Below the pieces are notes generated by a model. The model was not told the origin of the DNA. It saw only the letters and a program-made list of their open reading frames with translations, and did no database searches. From contig NC_045696.1 of assembly GCF_009834535.1 (NCBI RefSeq), forward strand, positions 73,348,001 to 73,412,000: DNA of 64,000 bases, in the 5' to 3' direction. Made by a program: the position numbers and the translations under genes. This stretch comes from Camelus ferus (taxonomy: Eukaryota). Positions 12,601 through 25,769 of this stretch are shown piece by piece (the stretch's first letter is position 1; each line of letters starts with the position of its first letter).

Positions 12601-14064
12601 AGGAGACTGCTTGTACCTTAGTAAAGGTGGGCCATTTAAAAGAGAAAATAATGAAAGGGAACAAAAAATGAAGACCGTATACCAAAAAAAAAAAAAAAAA
12701 AAAAGTCGAGAAAGAAAACTGCAGGGGAAAATAAAGGTACAAAATAAATAGGGAAAAAGCAGATAAGAGATAAGAATGAAGGCATCAAGAATGAACAATT
12801 TCTGGCCCCAAACTAGTTCTGACTAGATCACAATCCATATTCTCTCACCAGAGTTCTCACGTTTATGTATAATTAAATGCTGTTTTATTGCCAACTGGCC
12901 CAGATAATGAAAAAGCAGAAAAAGAAGAAAATGCTTCCAAAGTGACTGAAAATTTAGGCTCACACATTCTGAGGAATGGTTTTTGTTATTTACTTTTTAG
13001 TTTTTTTTCTGAAAGCTGGGTAAAATTATTATGTATTCAGATATTTTAAATCTCACACAGCTCTATTGTTCACGCCATGTTTTTTATCCAGTGCTGGGAG
13101 AACAATGTAACAAAAAATACAAAGCCTTCTAAATGGGGGGGCCTTCCTGAACCCTACCGGACCGGGGTGGCACTTGCAGTGTGGTGGGCCCAGCCGGGTG
13201 GTCTCCCTCACACATCATTACCCACCACGAGGAGGAGGTCACCTTGAAGTTTGGAAGTGGGGATCGGAGAGACACAGAATATGAGGGAGGCAAAAAGAGC
13301 AGAATAAGGAAAGAAAAAAGGCTGCTTTGTACATGATAGATGCTCTTGAAGAATTCAAAACATATCCAGAGGACTCTTTTTTAACCTCCACTCTGTAGGT
13401 GATTTCTTAAATCCTTTAGACTCCTACCCTTCCTGACTTCCATAATCCAAATTTAAGACCCCAGATTCTTCAGTTAAGGGAAGGGGAAAAAACTAACCTT
13501 TTTATTAGCTCCAGGTCTTAATATTGTCCTCTCAAAAAGCTGCATTCAACATTTCACTGACTGCCAACTTTCATTCCTACTCCCCAAAATATTCATTTTA
13601 ACATGTAAAAATAAAATGAGCACTGTAGAGTGGTTTGGTCATCTAATAACCCAGGGTTTGATGATAATTTTTCTGGTCCTCATTTGTCCTCCAAGTATGA
13701 CAAATCAGTTCACTGTGTTTAAATAGAATGACATGCCAACTGACCCCAAGAATGGCATTACAGTTCAACTGTTTTTAATATCACAGGTATAAACTTCAGA
13801 CAAGTACACTCAATAAGAGTCTTACTGTCATTTTGCCAACTTTAATAATAAATATGGAATAACCAAGTTTTGAATGTGAGGCTAATATTCCTATATTCAG
13901 TGACGCTGTTTAGTTGGGAGGCACTGGAAACATTCGTCACTGATGTCTAGTCTGATTAGTAGATGTCTGTGCCATGCAGTTAAATATTTTTTTATGTACA
14001 AAACATTTACCAGAATGATTGATCATCAGTGAAATGTTTATTAATCATTGTAACTGATTTATAA

Positions 14065-14215
14065 TTTGTGTAAGTTTCTGTTTAACGTCTCGTCATCCCC
14101 CTCAACACTCACCTCTGGGGAGAGCTCGGGACAGTCAATTTCTTTTATCTCTTGTTTAGGGCAGTTCTTGCCACATAGTGGCTACTCAAGAACTATTTTT
14201 TGAACAACTGAATTG
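14065..14215 (+). mobile_element. L2 3' end
   Basis: cagttcttgccacatagtggctactcaagaactattttttgaacaactgaa resembles the L2 terminus. Confidence 0.55.
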
Positions 14216-14915
14216 CGGATTCCCCACATATCCACATTTCAGGAGTTGTAACAGCCCTAGAAGAATGATCACTTTAATCTCTCTGTAGCATTAACTGCTT
14301 ATTCTTTCAGAGTAATTCAGTCATTGAATACTGTAAAAACAGAAGGAACATTTTTCACTGCGGATTCTTATTTGATCTCCCTGTTTTTTAGAATGATATT
14401 TTTGTGATCAGCTTTGCCTGATGTCCTGGAGTTCAATGTCCTTAGAATTAAACTTCAGTCCTCTGCACGGTAGAGAATGAGCAGTAATTCAGCTGCTGGT
14501 GATGGAGGAGCAGATCTGAGGGTCCAACTGCGAATTATGGTATCTTAAGGTAACTCTCCTGTTTTTACCATTAACTGAACATCCTTCTTCAGAGGGACAG
14601 CTTTTCTAGAGTAAGCTGATTTGAATCATCTTGAGTCTGAGCTTCTCAGGTTGCTAGTCTAAGTTTTAGCTTTCTCTAAGCCAAGTCAAAATTTTATTGC
14701 TATTTCTCCTCTCCCATTTTCCTTGTCTTTGTGTTGTTTTGGTCCTTCTACTATCATTTTAGTAGGTTTTTGTGAAGAAGCATAGGTCAAACCATGTGTT
14801 CAGCTTCTTATTTCATCAGTTTAATATACTTTCTCCATTTTATAATTAGAAAATATTTGATACAAACATATAAACATAAAAGTATATTTTTATAAAGAAT
14901 ATACATATATGCATG

Positions 14916-14957
<42 letters not shown>
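14916..14957. repeat. (TA)n(CA)n microsatellite
   Basis: Directly visible. Confidence 0.95.
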
Positions 14958-15171
14958 TATGTGCTATTTAATATGCTCTATCAATCGACCAAATGCTCAT
15001 TTCTGAAAGGTAAAAGAATGATAAAATGAACATCCATATAAATACTGCCTAAATACTATATGCTCCTTCCTGTATTCTCTGGCCTCCTCACTAAAGGTAA
15101 CCATTATCTCAAATTTTGTGTTTAAAATTCTCTTGTTTTTCCTTCCAATGTTTCCCACCTACATATATTCC

Positions 15172-17155
15172 TGTGTAAGTCTGCTTTGCTAAGTTAAGCT
15201 GCAGTGGTGACTTACACAAAGAGATGTAGATTTTTTTGATCAAGCACATGTTTGCTGCAGGTTGGCTGTCTGTTTGTGGGTCAGCTTTGACTTTGTTCTG
15301 TTTTCTTCCTTCCAGGGCTCAGACTAAAGGAGTAGAGAATGAGCAGTAACTCAGCTGCTTGAGAACCTCAGTCTCACTGCAGAGGAAAACTAGCAGTGGC
15401 AAAACCATGTGATGGCTCTTAAAACTTCTCATGGAAGTGGCACGTATCAGTTCCATCACATGTTACTGGCTAAACATGTTACAGGCAAGGAGGAAATATC
15501 ACAAGGAGGGACACTACAACTTACATGGCAAAGGATAAGAATGTATAATCCCCTTATAGGAAATGATAGTGAATAGTGGAGAACAATAATAACACTGACT
15601 AAAGTTTGCTCTCTTGGTCACTAATAATCATTTCTCACTCTTCCATGTAATATATTCCCCCTATCTCCAAGAAAAACAGCTAAAATGATGTAGCCCATCA
15701 GAGCATCAGATTCTAGGTCCAGGATTCTGTGATTACCTTAACATCCGGTCCAGATATAGTTCCTCTTCATTTTTAGACCCATGAACTAAAACTAAAACTG
15801 CCGAGCACAGCAATTCTGAAATCCCAGTGGGCAAATGTGGTGAGGGACCATCACCATAGAGGGAAGAAATGCCTCTTGATTAGGCTCATTCTGCTCTCTG
15901 TGTCTGGCTCTGGTTCATGATTAGAGACAACTGCTGACTCCACCTTCTGGGCGGGTCTTCCTTTTCCATTGCCCTCACTGGACCACATCTGAAAAGGGCA
16001 TTGGAGAATATGCTCCCTTGGGAGCTAAGATTTTCTTGCTTCCTGCTCTTAGATTTAGAACAGACACAGTCTCTTTTCATCTAGGATGATGGATGTTTTG
16101 GCAGTGTAATTCTCTCAACAACTTCACCAGTTTTTTGTACCAACAACCACATCAGCAATTCTTTTCAAGACATGCCTGTCTTTCTCTAGACTTACACAGA
16201 GGTTTTTGGGGAGCTTATCAGACTTCTGGGAGGGAGCTATACCCTTAGGCTCTTTTAAGCCATTTGTGTACTTCAAAAGGTTTACCCATTATCACCATGA
16301 TCAATTCAACCTAAGGCACCTCTAACATCTTTGATTCAGCCTATGACTCTCCAAAGCTGTTTTAATCAGGTTTTGTCACTCAGAGGCATTCTCAGTTTTA
16401 CTTTGGGATATGAGAATAAGTTGCATCTTCCAAGCCTTTAAGTCCCCAGTTTTCTGATTTTCTTTCATTTCTTTTCATCTTTCAAACTGGCCAATCCTTT
16501 TGTGAGCTCATTTCTTTTTCTGTACTACCATATCAAATGCAGCCAATAGCAACCAGAACATGCTAGTAATGCTTTGTTTCCTAATCCCTTTGCCTAAGGT
16601 CACAAAGTCACTCAGTATATTATCTGCTTTTTATGTTACTGTAGCTATAGCTTCATTAAATGCTTCACCACTGCATAGTGGGTTGCCATCCTTCCAACCT
16701 GTAATAACAGTTTCCTTGTTACCTACCACTCTGCCATAAAGTCAGTGGGACATATTTTAGGGGTTTTGTTATGGCAGCATCTGCTTTGAGGTAATAAGCT
16801 CTAAATGGCTGACAAAAATAAGTAATTATTTTTTGCTCAGTTATATAGTTCTACATTGGCCGTGAGTTGGCTGAAGCTTTATTTCCTGTGTCCTCTTCCA
16901 GGATGGAGAGCAGCCTCTATCTGGGACACGACATGCAGTGGCAGATGGTGAAGGGTGATGGCAGAACCACGTGATGATTCTTCAGGTTTCTTCTTAAAAG
17001 CAGCATGTATCACTTCTGTTTACATTCAAGTGGCTGAAGTAAGCCACATGGCTGAAACTAACATTGGTATTGTGGGAAGTACAATCCACAACAAAGGTAG
17101 AAATGATCTAGTGAGTTTTTTAATAAATATAGTGAGTTTTTTGAATAAATAACAC
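15172..17155 (-). mobile_element. MaLR (MLT1J-like) LTR-internal-LTR provirus remnant
   Basis: LTR-like copies at about 15172-15596 and 16800-17155 share motifs (ggttggctg/agttggctg, ttccagg, aaccatgtgatg/aaccacgtgatg, gtatca...acat...tggct). The middle has the MLT-int end motif ttttaggggttttgttatggcagca...ggta. Confidence 0.7.
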
Positions 17156-17157
17156 TA

Positions 17158-17175
17158 TGTGTGTGTATATATATA

Positions 17176-17211
<36 letters not shown>

Positions 17212-17225
17212 CTGTATATATATAT
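17158..17225. repeat. Compound (TG)n/(TA)n microsatellite
   Basis: Directly visible. Confidence 0.9.
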
Positions 17226-19346
17226 TATTTTATTTATCTTGCATGTTTTGAACTTTATATAAAGAAAATTATTAAATGTATATTCTTTTGTGACTTACAT
17301 TTTTTGAAATTCCAAATTAGTAGATTTTATCCATGTTAATGTATAGAGTGTTTTTCATTTATCAGTGCTGTATAGTGTTCCATTGCATAAACATACCAAA
17401 ATTTACCTATCCATTACAGCTGTTTCCAGGTGGGTTTTTTGTTGGTTTGCTTTTTGGTATTTTACAGAATACTGCTAAAAACTCTTATACAAGTCTTCTG
17501 ATGCACACATGAAGTTTTTTTTGGAATATATGCAAGGAGTAAAATTTTGGGGTAATGGGGTTTATATATCTTCAAATGCATATATTAATACTGGATTTGT
17601 TTTCTAAAGTCATTCTATCAATTTATATTTCAGCCAGGAATACTTAAGAGTTCTCACTTTGCACACCCTTGAAATACTTGGTATTGTCAGACTTCTTAAA
17701 CACAATTTCCAATCAAGTGGGAATTCAGTGAGGTTTGTATTTGTATTTCTCTGTTCACATGTTGCACATGTCTGTGGGCCATTCGTATGTCTCCTTTGTG
17801 AAATGTTTAAGGACTTCTTTGGACATTTTCTATTGGATCATTTGTAATCTCTGTATTGATTTTTAGGAGGCATTTTAAAATATTCATATATTTTCAATAT
17901 TATTCTGTTATTGGTCGTATGTGTTTCAAATATATTCTCCTTGACCTATCTTTTCACTTTTGAAATAGTGTCTTTGACATACAGAAGTTTTGAATTTTGA
18001 TGCAGGCAAATCCTTCAGTATTTTCCTTTAGAGTTAGTGCTTTTTCTATCTTACATAAATAATCCTTGTCTATACCAAGATCATAAACACGTTATTAAAT
18101 TTTCTCATGAGAATATTAAAGTTTTGCTTTTGTAATGAAGTCTTTAATCTACCTGGAATTTATTTCTGCATATAGTGTGATATTTGACAAATTTTATTTT
18201 TTCTAACTTGAAAATCAATTGCTCAAGTATCTTTTATTGGATTTTATCATATTTATGTTGTTATATTAACAGGTATATTTCAAAATTATAATTTCAAATG
18301 GTATAAAAATGCAATTTATTTTTATATATTTATCTGTTTATCCTGTAACCCTGTCAAATTCTTATTAATTAAAAAAAACTTGCATTTAGATTCATTTTTA
18401 TAGGGTAATGACACCTACTAATAAGAACAATGCTGTTGCTTGCTTTTCAATCCTCATACCTTTTATTTTACTAAAAAAATTTTTTTTAATTTCATCGTTA
18501 GGAGTTTAATAGAAGTGTTGACAGTGGGTATTATTCTCTGGTTCCTGATTTTAAAAGGAATGCTTTTTAACATTTCACCCTTTACTATGATGTTTGCTGT
18601 AGGGTTTTCTTTTATTTTTCTTCTGTACTTGATAAACATACAAATTTTATAAAAACTGATTTTCTAGTATTACATTAACTGTGGGTTTCTGGACATAGCT
18701 AATTGGTAATATTTCTTTTTAAATATATTTTTATATATAGTTGGGAATAGTTTGCTAATATTCTGTTTAGGGTCTCAGCATATTTGAGTGAGATTAACCT
18801 ATAATTTACCTTCCTTGTACTGTTCTTCTCACATTCATTTTTTGCATAAAGTCTATACAAGATTCATAAAATTTGTTAAGAAATGTTTCCTATTTTTCTA
18901 TTCTCTTAAAAATTTCTGTAAACTTGGAATTGTCTGTTCCTTACAAGTTCATTAGAAGGCCTGTTTTTTTTTTTTTTTTTTAAGTTTTTTTTGTTGGATT
19001 AATTTTATATGGTCATAGAATTATTTAGTTCTTCTAGTCCTTTTGAATTGGTCTTGATAAAAAATTTTATCTTTTTCCATTTTTAAGTTTTCAAATTTAG
19101 TGAAATAGTCATCCATGATATTTTCTTATTTACTTTTAAATTTTTTTCACCTATAGTTGTATCCTCTTTTCAATCCCTAATATTTTATTATGTTACCATT
19201 TAGTTTTTCTTTATCAATCTTCCTAGAGATATATCTATTTTATTAATCTTTTCAAATAATCCACTTTTGGCTTTGTTGACCACCTATCTTTGTTTTCTGC
19301 TTGTTATTTCCTATGATACATTTTTTATAGATTTAAAAAAATTTTT

Positions 19347-19469
19347 GGGGGGGGTAATTAGGTCTATTTATTTTAATTATAATTTTTTTAATGGAGGTAC
19401 TGGGGATTGAACCCAGGACCTTGTGTAGGCTAAGCACGTGCTCTACCACTTGAGCTATACACATCTCCC
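19347..19469 (-). mobile_element. Vic-1-type camelid SINE (second copy)
   Basis: Minus strand GTATAGCTCAAGTGGTAGAGCACGTGCTTAGCCTACACAAGGTCCTGGGTTCAATCCCCAGTACCTCCA...CCTAATTACCCCCCCC, homologous to 5860-5969. Confidence 0.88.
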
Positions 19470-19640
19470 TAGTTTTTTTTTTTTTTAAATATTAAAATTA
19501 TTCATAGGCCACTGGGATGGGCAAGGCTTTGATGCAATCATTTCCAAAGGTGGCAGTGAATAAGGTAACAGGATGTATACCTAGAAAAATAACTTGGTTG
19601 CATCAAAACAAATAATATCATTTAGGAACAAAGAATTCTT

Positions 19641-19978
19641 TATTTATTTATTTTGAGTAAAGTTGGATTTATTTAGAGAGATACATTGAAAGGCAAGAGA
19701 AAGGCTATGAGGTGTAGGGGATTGGGTCTCAGATTAGAGTAAAAGTAGGTACACACTCCACACACAGAGTGAGGGCCGTCTCTGAAGAGGGAGAGAGAGG
19801 GATGGGGCGGCAGCCATGAGACACGTGTTGCCATTTTTTATGGGCTCAGTGGCTTCATTTGCTAATAAGTGGAAGGACCAATTTAACTAGCCTGGGGAAG
19901 GGGCTAGGATTCCCAGGAAGTTGGCCATTTCCCACTCTTTAACCTTTTGTGGCTAGCCCTGGGACTGTCATGGCACCG
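19641..19978 (-). mobile_element. ERV LTR (U3-R) fragment with A-rich tail and 9-bp TSD
   Basis: TSD AGAATTCTT at 19632-19640 and 19979-19987. Minus-strand AATAAA at 19668-19673 lies 13 nt before the (AAAT)n tail at 19641-19654. TATA-like CATAAAAA at about 19835-19842. Confidence 0.7.
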
Positions 19979-22850
19979 AGAATTCTTATCCTTGTTTTAC
20001 AAATGGTTTGAATCTGTTTGGTACTTTTCTTACTAACTCCTGTTTTTAATCCTGACTTTAATATAAAAGTTGATTATGAACCCTATATAGATCTCTAATT
20101 CAAGATTAAAGAATATGTCTCTTCATACAGGTTTTCTAACATGAAGATTTCTAGTGAAGATGGGAAAATAAACAGATAACTTAGGGTCTAAAAAGTACAT
20201 GTTGTTTTCCTGGTTTTAGGAAAAAATGTGTAGTCAAAAGTTAAATTCAAAAGGTTTTAGTACTATATGTATAATAAAGTACTAGATATATACCTGGGGA
20301 AAATGACTGGAAATAAAGTTTGCCAACAGATTTGCAATTTTCATATACACATGATAAAAAGTAGGATTCCATGAGGGCCTCAGTATTATTTTATGGCCAA
20401 CCACTACACCAATACTCTAAGATAAAGAGCCAGTGGTAGGAAACAATGTTGAATTTATTATTATATGGCATTAGCAAAGATTCAAATTAACTTGTACTTA
20501 ATTTTCAGCACAATGTTCACAAAACTGTCAATTCAGGGTTACATTCCAGTAAGGAATGAATTAGGGCCATAGTGGTCTTCCTGGAAGAAAATTTTAGTAC
20601 AAGTTGATTAATTCTAAGAAGGTCTGCAATACATTTTGGTTTGCACAACTCTTGAATTAACTGAGGTCATTACTAATAGCATTGAAGTAATTTAAGAAAC
20701 TGAAATTTCACTTCTGCTATTTATATACCTGATATATTAAAATGACAGAGCTTTCTGAAAACTTCCAATCAGTCTAGTCTTTGTCAAACTTGCAAACAAT
20801 AAATTACTAATATATGGGTCTAAACCTGGAATCCTAGCCCATCACTAAATTGGCAAGATGTTGATTAACTTCAGGCAAGAGGTATGGGTATTATTCAAGG
20901 GCCACTTTTAGTTAGTAATCTGCTCTTAATCACTGACTACAAAACATGTGTTATTTTTTGCTATCACTCTTTAAAAAGTAATCATTTCCTATGAGTCATT
21001 GTCTCAGGACAACTCTCTAGGATCTACCTTATGATTCTACTACAGTAGTTTCCCATAATGAATTTCATTTCCAGTTCATAATATTTGCCATCATTGCCTA
21101 TTGTTTCCCTAATATTCTTCACATTAGCTGCTTAACTTATTATTCATCAAAAACAATTATACCTATGAAATAATAGTTTGTATATGCTAGTAATCTTTTT
21201 GGTATAAATTTACATATTAACTATTACTATTACTGTAACTATTACATATTATTATTAACTACTAAAAACTGTAAAAGTACTCATTCTACCAGCTTCCACT
21301 TCTAGTAATGGCAGACTATGTAACTTGGTCTAATATTCTCACAAAAGACAACAAGAAAACTGGACAAAATAGTTTTTAAAACATTATCTCGAAGTTAATG
21401 TAGAGCCAACAAAATAATGAAGAACTACTGATCCAGGATAAAGAAGATGGCCAGAGATGAGCCTGAAATTTATGGCTATGTTTCCTCCTGGTAGAATTTT
21501 CTGATTCTGGAATAAGCAACTGAAAGGGTGAGTAAAACCTTCAACAACTTCATGAGGTCCTAGGAAGATTTTAGTCCAGAGCCCACCAAAGTGATGGATA
21601 GACATAGTAAATACTCGTGCTTTGGGATGTGACCACAAAAGGATATATCCCAAGGAATAGGGCAAACCAGAAATAGACAAGTTCTCATAGCTCAGCCTTG
21701 AATTACCTTAATCTTTGAAATAGAATGAAAGGAATATCCATTTATTAGAACCCCTAGGCATCAAAGAATGCTTGTGCCCTCAAATATCTTTGTTTGTTTG
21801 TCCCTTGGATCCCTCAGATATCTTGCAGAAGTTCTTAGATGCCTTTCTAGAGGAAGTAACATATCTTAAGCACCTCATTATTTCTTTAAACAATTTAAAG
21901 CTATAATTTCTAGCACATAATTTAAAAACAGCCCCATGAGGAGCAAGACAATATGAGAAAAACCCAGCAGAAACCACAGCAATAGAAATTATCCTATAGG
22001 AACTTCAGAAAGTGGCATAATTGAAGAAAGGCTTAAAAATAAATCTGCTTATCATGTTCAAAAAGATGACAGATTAAGAAGTTTGGCAGTGGAAAAAGTT
22101 AATGAAAATTCTAAAACTGAAAATAAGAACTGAAATTAAGAACTCAATGGATAGGACTAATAGCAGAATACACAAAAACCTAAGAGGAATTTAACTACAT
22201 GGAATATTCTCAGTGAACCATGTAAAAATTAAATGATAGAAAATACAGAAAAAGATAATAAGAGATACAGAGGATACAGTAAGAAGGTGTAACATTTAAA
22301 TGGAGCCCTAAAAATAAAGGAGAGAAATAATAGGCCTGAAGTACAAAGAGAAGAGAGATATAATTGGACTGAAGCAAATTTTGAAGTAATAATAGCTGAG
22401 AACTTTCTAAAACTGGAGAAATCATCAAGCTATCTAATGAAGAATCACCACAAATCCCAGGAGGAATAACTGAAAAAGACATCCACGCTGAAGCACTAAA
22501 ATGACAAAATTGTTAAAACCTAAAAATAGAAAAAAAAAAAATCCCTAAAAGTCAGTTATAAAAACTATTACCTTTAAGAGTAATAATCAGACTTACAGCT
22601 GACTTCTCAGCAAAAACAGTGAACATCGCCTAACAATGGAATAGTATCTTCTAAGTGTTAAAAAAAATTTTATCAATTTCATATCTTCTGAAATTGGTAG
22701 TGAAAACAAAATCTTTCTAGATAAACAAAATGAGATAATTCCCAGAAACACACTAAAATAAACAATAAGGATGCTCTTCAGGCAGAATGAGAAAGATCTC
22801 TGATGAAACCTTAGAAATGTACAAAGTAATGATGAGCAACAGAAAGGCTA

Positions 22851-24467
22851 GGTAATGAGCCTGGCCCCAGGTTTTGATGTTCGATGGCTAAAATCTGTGT
22901 GTGTGTGTGTGTCTATGTGTGCTCATTATAGGCTGTCATGAGGTATTGAATACAGTTCCCTGTGCTATACAGTAGGACCTTGCTGTTTATCTATTTTATA
23001 TACAGTAGTTACTATCTGCAAATATCAAACTCCCAATTTATCCCTCCACTCACCCCCTTTTCCCCCTAGGTAACCAAAAGTTTGTTTTCTATGTCTATTT
23101 CTATGTCTGTGAGTCTGTTTCTGTTTTCTAAGTTCATTTGTCTTATTTTTTTAAGATTCCACTGTTAAGTGATATCATACGGTATTTTTCTTTCTCTTTC
23201 TGGCTTACTTCACTTAGTATGATGATCTCCAGGTCCATCCATGTTACTGCAAATGGCATTATTTTGTTATTTTTCATGGCCGAGTAGTATTCCATTGTGT
23301 GTGTATATATATCTCTCACATCTTCTTTATCCAGTCTTCTGTTGATGGATATTTATCTGGCTTCCATGTCTTGGCTATTGTAAGTAGTACTGCTAGGAAC
23401 ATTGGGGTGCATGTATCTTTTCAAATTAGTTTCTTCTCAATATATGCCCAGGAGTTGGATCATATGGTAATTCTATTTTTAGTTTTTTAAGGTATCTTCA
23501 TATTGTTTTCCATATTGGCTGCACCAAACTACATTCCCTCCAACAATGTAGGAGGGTTCCCTTTTCTCCACACCCTCTCCAGCATTTGTTGTCTGTGGAC
23601 TTTTTAATGATGGCCATTCTGACTGGTGTGAGGTGATACCTCATTATTGTTTTGATTTGCATTTCTCTAATAGTGATATTGAGCATTTTTTCATGTGCCT
23701 ATTGGCCATTTGTATGTCTTCATTGGAGAGACATCTATTTAGATCTTCTGCCCAGTTTCTGATTGAGTTGTTTTTGTTGTTGTTATTGAGTTGTATGAGC
23801 TGTTTATATATTCTGGAAATTAAGCCCTTGTCAGTTGCATCATTTGTAAATATTTTCTCCCATTCTGTAGGTTGTCTTTTGGTTTTGTTTATAGTTTCCT
23901 TTGCTGTGCAAAAGCTTATAAGTTTAATTAGACCCATTTGTTTACTTTTGCTTTTATTTCTTTGCCTTAGCACACTGCCCTAGGAGAACATTGCTAAGAT
24001 CTATGTCTGAGAATGTCTGGTCTATGTTTTCTTCTAGAAGGTTTACAGTATCTTGTCTTATGTTTAAGTCTTTAAGCCATTTGGAGTTTATTTTTTTAAG
24101 CTATATTCCCACCTTCTTTCCTTTCTGCTCCATATCTGAACATGCTAAGAAGAAAGCCTGGGTACTCCCTTCTTTGGTACCAGCAGGAGATTTAAACCAT
24201 TAAGCCCCTACTCACACACAGGAACCCTCATTTTAGCTGCACCCTCTAACCACAATAAAAACCTCATGCTAGTCTCATTTTCCTACTCTCTCAAGTTTTT
24301 GAGACCAGCTTGGGAGATCTTCCCTTCTCTCCCCAGGCGGCATTGTTCGGTAAGTAATAAACATTTTCACACCCTCCCTCTTTAAATGCATATGGCATCA
24401 TCAGTATTGACAACTAAATCAAATTTTGGGTGAGGGCATATTCTATTTTTGAAGACTGGCTATAATA
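22851..24467 (+). mobile_element. ERV solo LTR (family unassigned), split into 22851-22895 and about 24097-24467 by a younger L1
   Basis: LTR-type motifs accacaataaaaacc, gtaagtaataaacattttc and aaattttgggtg. GCTA is duplicated at 22847-22850 and 24468-24471, and host L1M sequence resumes after it. Confidence 0.6.
22896..24096 (-). mobile_element. Younger 5'-truncated LINE-1 (ORF2 C-terminus and 3' UTR)
   Basis: ORF 23644-23973 ([23 protein letters not shown]) and ORF 23498-23686 ([14 protein letters not shown]...[15 protein letters not shown] zinc knuckle). 3' UTR motif agttccctgtgctatacagtagg. Confidence 0.95.
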
Positions 24468-25769
24468 GCTAAATAAGTGAATAAATAAGAATGATCATTA
24501 GTTGTGCAAGAGAGTCATAGTAGAGTTTTATTGGGCTTATTTACATAAATAAAATATACACTAAATAATGGTATTATAGTCAAATGGAAGATAAATGGAA
24601 TTAAATCATTCTAATTAAAATAAGGGTAAATGAAATTAAACTTTCTAATTTCCTTGATCTACTTGCATTGCCTAGGTAGAGTCTGAAAGAAGCAGCTAAT
24701 AATAGATTTTGAAAAGTCAAGAATACCTACTACAATCCCAAAGATAACTACTGAAAGAAGAGTAAGAGTATATAACTTCTGAGGAAATAGAAGGAAAACA
24801 ATAAAAAATTACCAATACAAGTGAAAATGAGGAAGAAGAGGAAAAGAAAAAACAGAACAAATAAAAAGCTCATAATACAGTGGTAGATTTAAATTCAAAT
24901 AGATGAGTGATTTTATTAAATATAAATAGACTAAATATTCTTGTTAAAAGATAAAGACAAACATTACCAGACCTCATTAAAAACTACATTCTTTTTACAA
25001 GAGATATCTAAAATCTACAGACAGAAAAAGACTGAAAGAAAAAAAAATGAAAAGGCCCTCTTAAAATAAGATTTTTGTAACCATAATATCAGATAAAATA
25101 GAATTTAAGGCAAAAAGTAAGGAAACTTTATGACAATTCTGTATTTGAATGTATCGAATAACAGTCTTAAAGTAACAATTGACAGTAAAATGAGCAGACA
25201 AACCCACAATTATAATGTAAGATTGTAACACATTTCACTTTATAGTAAAAGCGAGCAGATAGAAAAACTGTTAAAATACAGAAAAGTAACACGAACAGTA
25301 AACTTGACCTAATTAACATGTGGAAAATAATACATATAAAAATTGAATAATATTCTTTTTAAGCACATCTGGAACATTTCAAACATTTACCATATTATGG
25401 GCCACAAAGTATGGCACTAAAAATTTCAAACAACTTAAATCATATAAAGTATATTCTAGGGATATATGAAATTAATTTAGAAACCAGTATCAAATATTTT
25501 ACTGGAATATTCCTGTTGATTTAGAAATTAATAAATATATATAATATATAAATCAGGACTCAGTGAAGAGAACATACTGAAGATTACAAAATATTTTTAA
25601 CTGAAGGATAATAAAATTACTAAATATCAAAAGTATAGGATACAGATAAGAGTCACACTTAGAGAAAAATTTAGAGCTTTAAAAGCACATATTCAAAAAG
25701 AAGAAAAGTTAAAAACCAATGAGTTATGCATCTAAATCAAAAAGTTAAACAACAAAATAAAATTCAAAA

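Larger units (their letters stand above)
14830..19320 (-). mobile_element. Ancient L1M remnant (3' end at left), interrupted by a MaLR provirus at 15172-17155
   Basis: T-rich antisense L1 pattern (gtaaccattatctcaaattttgtg, cagaagttttgaattttgatg, tactatgatgtttgctgtaggg) continuing on both sides of the MaLR. Confidence 0.75.

Noticed and set aside
17109..17151. Short tandem duplications (21-bp period here, about 12 bp at 38704) as a CRISPR-like or structured array
   Set aside because: Only two copies each and no spacer series; ordinary slippage events in a mammalian genome
19470..21280. Poly-T followed by unique AT-rich sequence as a processed-pseudogene 3' UTR
   Set aside because: No canonical poly(A) signal next to the tract, no TSD and no coding remnant found
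23498..23973. ORFs with clear protein similarity
   Set aside because: Frameshifted LINE-1 ORF2 C-terminus, not a host gene
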